NCBI GenBank assembly: GCA_017406505.1
Contig: JAFQYI010000108.1
Span: forward strand, 1-36,410
DNA length: 36,410 nt
Origin: a bacterium
GTDB taxonomy: Bacteria; Cyanobacteriota; Vampirovibrionia; Gastranaerophilales; Gastranaerophilaceae
Direction: 5' to 3'
Shown: piece by piece, positions 33,158 through 36,410 of the stretch
Layout of the letters: every line of letters starts with the position of its first letter
Numbering within the stretch: the first letter of the stretch is position 1
The notes under the pieces: model-generated
What the model was told of the DNA's origin: nothing
The model's input: the letters and a program-made list of their open reading frames with translations, nothing else
Database searches by the model: none
Translations under genes and position numbers: made by a program

Positions 33158-33839
33158 CGTTTAAAATCTCCTTAATTATAATTTCATCAACTGAATTTAA
33201 ACCGTTTGCTTTTGCATAACATTCGGCTTTATTTATGATTTTTACTATTTGACGAAACCTGTTAACATTTGAACAAATGCATTTTATAGCACATTCTGTC
33301 ATTTCAATTTCAGATAGCTCTTTTACTATGCCAACGATATCATTTTTAGAAAAAGGTTTAAATTGGACAATTTCTGAAAGCCTGTCATATAAGTGTTTAA
33401 ACCTTTTTATCCTTGATTTAGCATTTGACATCCCAACTAAAACAATAGGGACATTCGTTTTATCGTGAATATCTCTTAAAGTTTCAATTGCTCTTGAATC
33501 AATCGCCAAATAATCGACTTCATCAACGATTATTATATGCGGCTCTGTCAGCAAATTTCGTATAATAATCTTGAAACAATCTGCTAATCTTCCGCAACTA
33601 ACTTCGCCCATTTCATCCATAATTTCATTTAATAACCACCGAGCAGTCATAAGCTGAGTACATCGAACAAGTATAGCATTATTCTTAAATGCCCACCAAT
33701 TAATCGCTTGTGTTTTACCAAGCCCCGGCTCGCCATACACAAGTCCCATCCCCGGAACTCCTTCCGCTCGGTTCTGTAAATTGTTCATCATCGTAATAAA
33801 TCGCTTTACATTATTAGTTTTTACAAAGACTTTTTTCAT
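33129..33839 (-). CDS. AAA+ transposition ATPase (MuB/TnsC/TniB-like), copy 2
   Basis: GEPGLGKT and IIVDEVDYL. Clearly paralogous to 18915..19646. Confidence 0.85.
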   Translation of the reverse strand: MKKVFVKTNNVKRFITMMNNLQNRAEGVPGMGLVYGEPGLGKTQAINWWAFKNNAILVRCTQLMTARWLLNEIMDEMGEVSCGRLADCFKIIIRNLLTEPHIIIVDEVDYLAIDSRAIETLRDIHDKTNVPIVLVGMSNAKSRIKRFKHLYDRLSEIVQFKPFSKNDIVGIVKELSEIEMTECAIKCICSNVNRFRQIVKIINKAECYAKANGLNSVDEIIIKEILNDEAADKETM

Positions 33840-33926
33840 ACCAAAATTCCTATTTCTGTCATCATTAACATTAATCGCTCGTTTGACCAGAAATTGGAAC
33901 TGTTTTTGTTCTTTTGTGTCTTTTAT

Positions 33927-35158
33927 TTATACCCTAAAAGCAGACTCCATTTTATCAATTTCGGATTGGTTTAAACCTAGTTGCTTTGCTGCATTTCGCC
34001 AATTTTTTATAACACTTCTAAAATTATTTATAATTTGTTTGGCTTCTGTCATATTCAAATCAAAATATTCGCTAACAGAAAGAGCTAATTCTATATCTTG
34101 GGTATTATCAGTTTGAGTAATATATGTTGATAAAACATTTTTGTTATCAGAACTTGGATTAACATCGTATAGTGGCGATAATTTCCAACCTTTAGCTCCA
34201 ATATATAAAAATCCGTGGTTTCTTAAATGATCATCTGTGTTAGAAATTAATATTGAAAATACCATACGTTTCCAAAGTTCAAGTAAGTCTTCTTTTACGT
34301 TTGCACCATATTGTCTTATGGCATCTGCAATATCCAAATAACTGTGGATTTGTGTATCATTATCAATAGCATTTAACATACTCATTGCAGATAAGAAAGG
34401 TATTCTGAGATTACCCTTCTTTCTATCAAATCTTTTAAGTAAAATAACATTCTTTTTGCCGGCTTTTTGGATAGACCATTCTTGAACGTTCAATTCGCAT
34501 TGTTTAGCAAGAGTTAGTGCAACACCTTCCCATAAAACATTATTTGTAAAATCATCTTTTTTAGGGAATTTTGCAATGCATAAATCGCCATTTTTATCCA
34601 AAACGCTTGCTTTTGGTCTTGCCCCACCCAAGGATGAACCGGGAGCTAGGAGAAGCTGTAAATCACTCTCTTTTTCACTACTTTCAATAATTTTTTCAGA
34701 AGCAGCTAACAACTTTGTTAAATCAATTAACGGAGGAATTGCTTTTATATTACTTGAATATAGGAATTCGTCACTATTTTCTGTTTTAAATCTAAGCGCA
34801 CCTTGTCTTGCAATATCATTTACAAAAAGAAGATAATCTATTTCGTTTAATGTTCTTGGGCTTCTATTTTCTTTTTTTGCAAGTTGATTTTCATATCTGC
34901 GCATTAAAATTCTTCCCCAAGTATCCGGAGCACTATCACCAAACGAACCAAATAACGGAAGCTGTCTTGTATTAACCTGCTTGCCTTTTCCAAAGAATAA
35001 TCCCGGTTCTAAAGAAAATGAATTTTTGTAATTCAGCCATTCATCAAATACTCAAAATCAGAAGTTTCTTTTCCTCTTGAAAAATGCGACCAAAGAGTTC
35101 CGACAAAGTAATCAACACAATCTAAATTTATGTATACTAATACCTTTTTATCTGTCAT
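33927..35158 (-). pseudogene. hipA: HipA-family Ser/Thr kinase toxin gene interrupted by a 1-nt frameshift
   Basis: The ATG at 35158 (3 nt after the hipB-like stop) reads MTDKKVLVYINLDCVDYFVGTLW...SDFEYLMNG*. The next frame continues (F)DEWLNYKNSFSLEPGLFFGKGKQV...RILMRRYE into the track ORF 33927..34904. The shift lies in a short T run near 35046-35048. Kinase motifs are SSLGGARPK and TDDHLRNHGF. Confidence 0.7.
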
Positions 35159-35161
35159 AAA

Positions 35162-35482
35162 TTAAACCTCGTTTTTCTTGTAGCGTACTCTTTTGGGCAA
35201 ATTTTCTCTGTCAAATCGTCTGCCTAATTCGTCGTTATCAGGATTTGCTAAATCATATAAATTATCAATAAGTCCCAATACAAACATAACTTTAGCATAA
35301 ATACCCATAGAAACGGTAGGATCACCCTTTTCAACTTTCGTTAAAGTCACATGAGTAATTCCGGCGCGTTCCTCAATCAGGCTCATAGTAAGAGAACGCT
35401 TAATTCGAGCATCTTTTAAATTTGCGCCTAATTGAGTCATTGCCTTTTTAACAGGTATTGGAATTATTGACGTCTTTTTCAT
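35162..35482 (-). CDS. hipB: XRE-family HTH antitoxin (HipB-like)
   Basis: LKDARIKRSLTMSLIEERAGITHVTLTKVEKGD is an HTH. The gene sits immediately upstream of hipA. Confidence 0.7.
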   Translation of the reverse strand: MKKTSIIPIPVKKAMTQLGANLKDARIKRSLTMSLIEERAGITHVTLTKVEKGDPTVSMGIYAKVMFVLGLIDNLYDLANPDNDELGRRFDRENLPKRVRYKKNEV

Positions 35483-35498
35483 TTTGCACCTAAATAAA

Positions 35499-35538
35499 AT
35501 ATATTATAGTATATATTATGTTATTTTATATATATTAT
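35499..35538 (-). promoter_or_regulatory. possible hipBA promoter/operator region
   Basis: Three copies of ATATATTAT (35499, 35511, 35530) lie 20-50 nt upstream of the hipB-like start. The sequence is low-complexity AT-rich, so this is weak. Confidence 0.25.
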
Positions 35539-35630
35539 AATATATTTTATCAAAAATTTCAACCCTTACCAAATACATTTTTCCGCACGACTTTTTACTA
35601 TATCAGCTACATTTTCTGCACCACTTTTAA

Positions 35631-36410
35631 TTACGAATATATTTCTTTGTATTCATCTGATTTAATGTAGTTCGCAAGCCAAACCCTGTCCTCATGACAT
35701 ACGCATCCGTTTTGCATATGCCATTCGTATCGTTCATAGGCACTTTTAAATATTGGTCTTGCAACGATAGAAGTCTTAACCTTTGGCTCAAACTTTTGTT
35801 CTTGCTTTGGCTGCTCCGGCTGAACGGTTATTTCTTTAATCGGTTCCTGTTCAGGCAGGCGAATATTTTGCATTAATTCTTTTTCTAAATAATCCATATC
35901 CTCAAGGTTAAATTGCTCTTTGACCGCCTTTATAGTTTTCTTGCGCAGTTTCTGTTGTTTTTCAATTTTATATTTATAATCTTCAATGTCGTTAATATCA
36001 CCCATTTGATGTGCAAGCGGATGAGTTTCTGTTACACGATGTGCTTTACAGATAAATTCGCCTTTGAGGGTGTAAACCTTAATATATGAAAGGTCAAATA
36101 AACTATATTTAATAACTGTTTTTTCTCTTATTCCGTATAGTGCCTCATCAAAGTAATCAGCTTTTAAGAACCTTATACCGTTTCTTCCGATATTTTTCAT
36201 TTCTTGCGCCATCATCAAATCGTCAAGCGTATTTTCATCAATATTTTGTTTTTCTGTTTCATTGATGACCTGTTGAATAGTTTTGCCGGGTACATTGGTG
36301 CATTCTTTGGAATGATAAAATTCAAGCCATTTATCTATCATTATCCGAGCCTGTTCTATTGTTGGGGTAAAACCATATTTCTCATGGATTCGCTTATGCA
36401 ATTTTTCATT
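35631..36410 (-). CDS. DDE transposase (Mu/TnsB type), C-terminal 259 aa only; the gene continues beyond the right edge
   Basis: The frame is open to base 36410 (NEKLHKRIHEKYGF... parallels NEKLHKNIHEKFGF of the 694-aa copy). About 85% amino-acid identity over the shared part. Confidence 0.85.
   Translation of the reverse strand, partial: NEKLHKRIHEKYGFTPTIEQARIMIDKWLEFYHSKECTNVPGKTIQQVINETEKQNIDENTLDDLMMAQEMKNIGRNGIRFLKADYFDEALYGIREKTVIKYSLFDLSYIKVYTLKGEFICKAHRVTETHPLAHQMGDINDIEDYKYKIEKQQKLRKKTIKAVKEQFNLEDMDYLEKELMQNIRLPEQEPIKEITVQPEQPKQEQKFEPKVKTSIVARPIFKSAYERYEWHMQNGCVCHEDRVWLANYIKSDEYKEIYS

Larger units (their letters stand above)
31544..36410 (-). mobile_element. second, partial copy of the transposon family (third gene, ATPase, inserted hipBA, transposase); right end outside the window
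   Basis: Same gene order and orientation as transposon 1. The left boundary is inferred from the triple repeat at 31544-31632. Confidence 0.4.

Overview
All family assignments here come from motif recognition by eye; no database search was run. This is a low-GC (~30%) bacterial chromosomal window.

**Core region (1-4438).** It carries ordinary stress and repair genes:
- a partial flavin-reductase-like gene that is missing from the ORF track
- rubrerythrin
- an HxlR regulator
- a short UvrA paralogue that overlaps a family-6-like uracil/hypoxanthine DNA glycosylase

**Accessory mosaic (~4.45 kb to the right edge).** In order:
1. A 600-bp repeat-rich non-coding junction.
2. An SfsA-like nuclease.
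3. An atypical R-M-like block: a degenerate-LAGLIDADG + PD-(D/E)XK protein, a small catalytically degenerate paralogue of its nuclease domain, and two DNA methyltransferases.
4. A Hachiman-like HamA/HamB pair.
5. A ~7.7-kb Mu/Tn7-superfamily transposon. It has a DDE transposase, an AAA+ ATPase and a variable third gene, and is bounded by 11-bp-phased inverted motif arrays. It carries small cargo, including a two-frame gene with a U_UUU_UUA slippery site.
6. A type-A chloramphenicol acetyltransferase flanked by copies of a recurrent CTGATAA motif.
7. A Ner-like gene next to a frameshifted gene for a transposase-type N-terminal DNA-binding protein.
8. A seven-gene co-directional array: DUF4160, a TM protein, DUF4186, a Cys-rich SAM methyltransferase, DUF1848 with a CX3CX2C motif, a DUF262/DUF1524 nuclease, and an HhH-like protein.
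9. A metallophosphoesterase.
10. A second, partial transposon copy. A frameshifted hipBA cassette sits between its transposase and ATPase genes, and its third gene ends in a degenerate tyrosine-recombinase-like domain.

**Best candidate.** The seven-gene array is my best candidate for an undescribed DNA-modification-coupled defence system. A DUF4186 gene recurs three times at about 90% identity, once per mobile unit.
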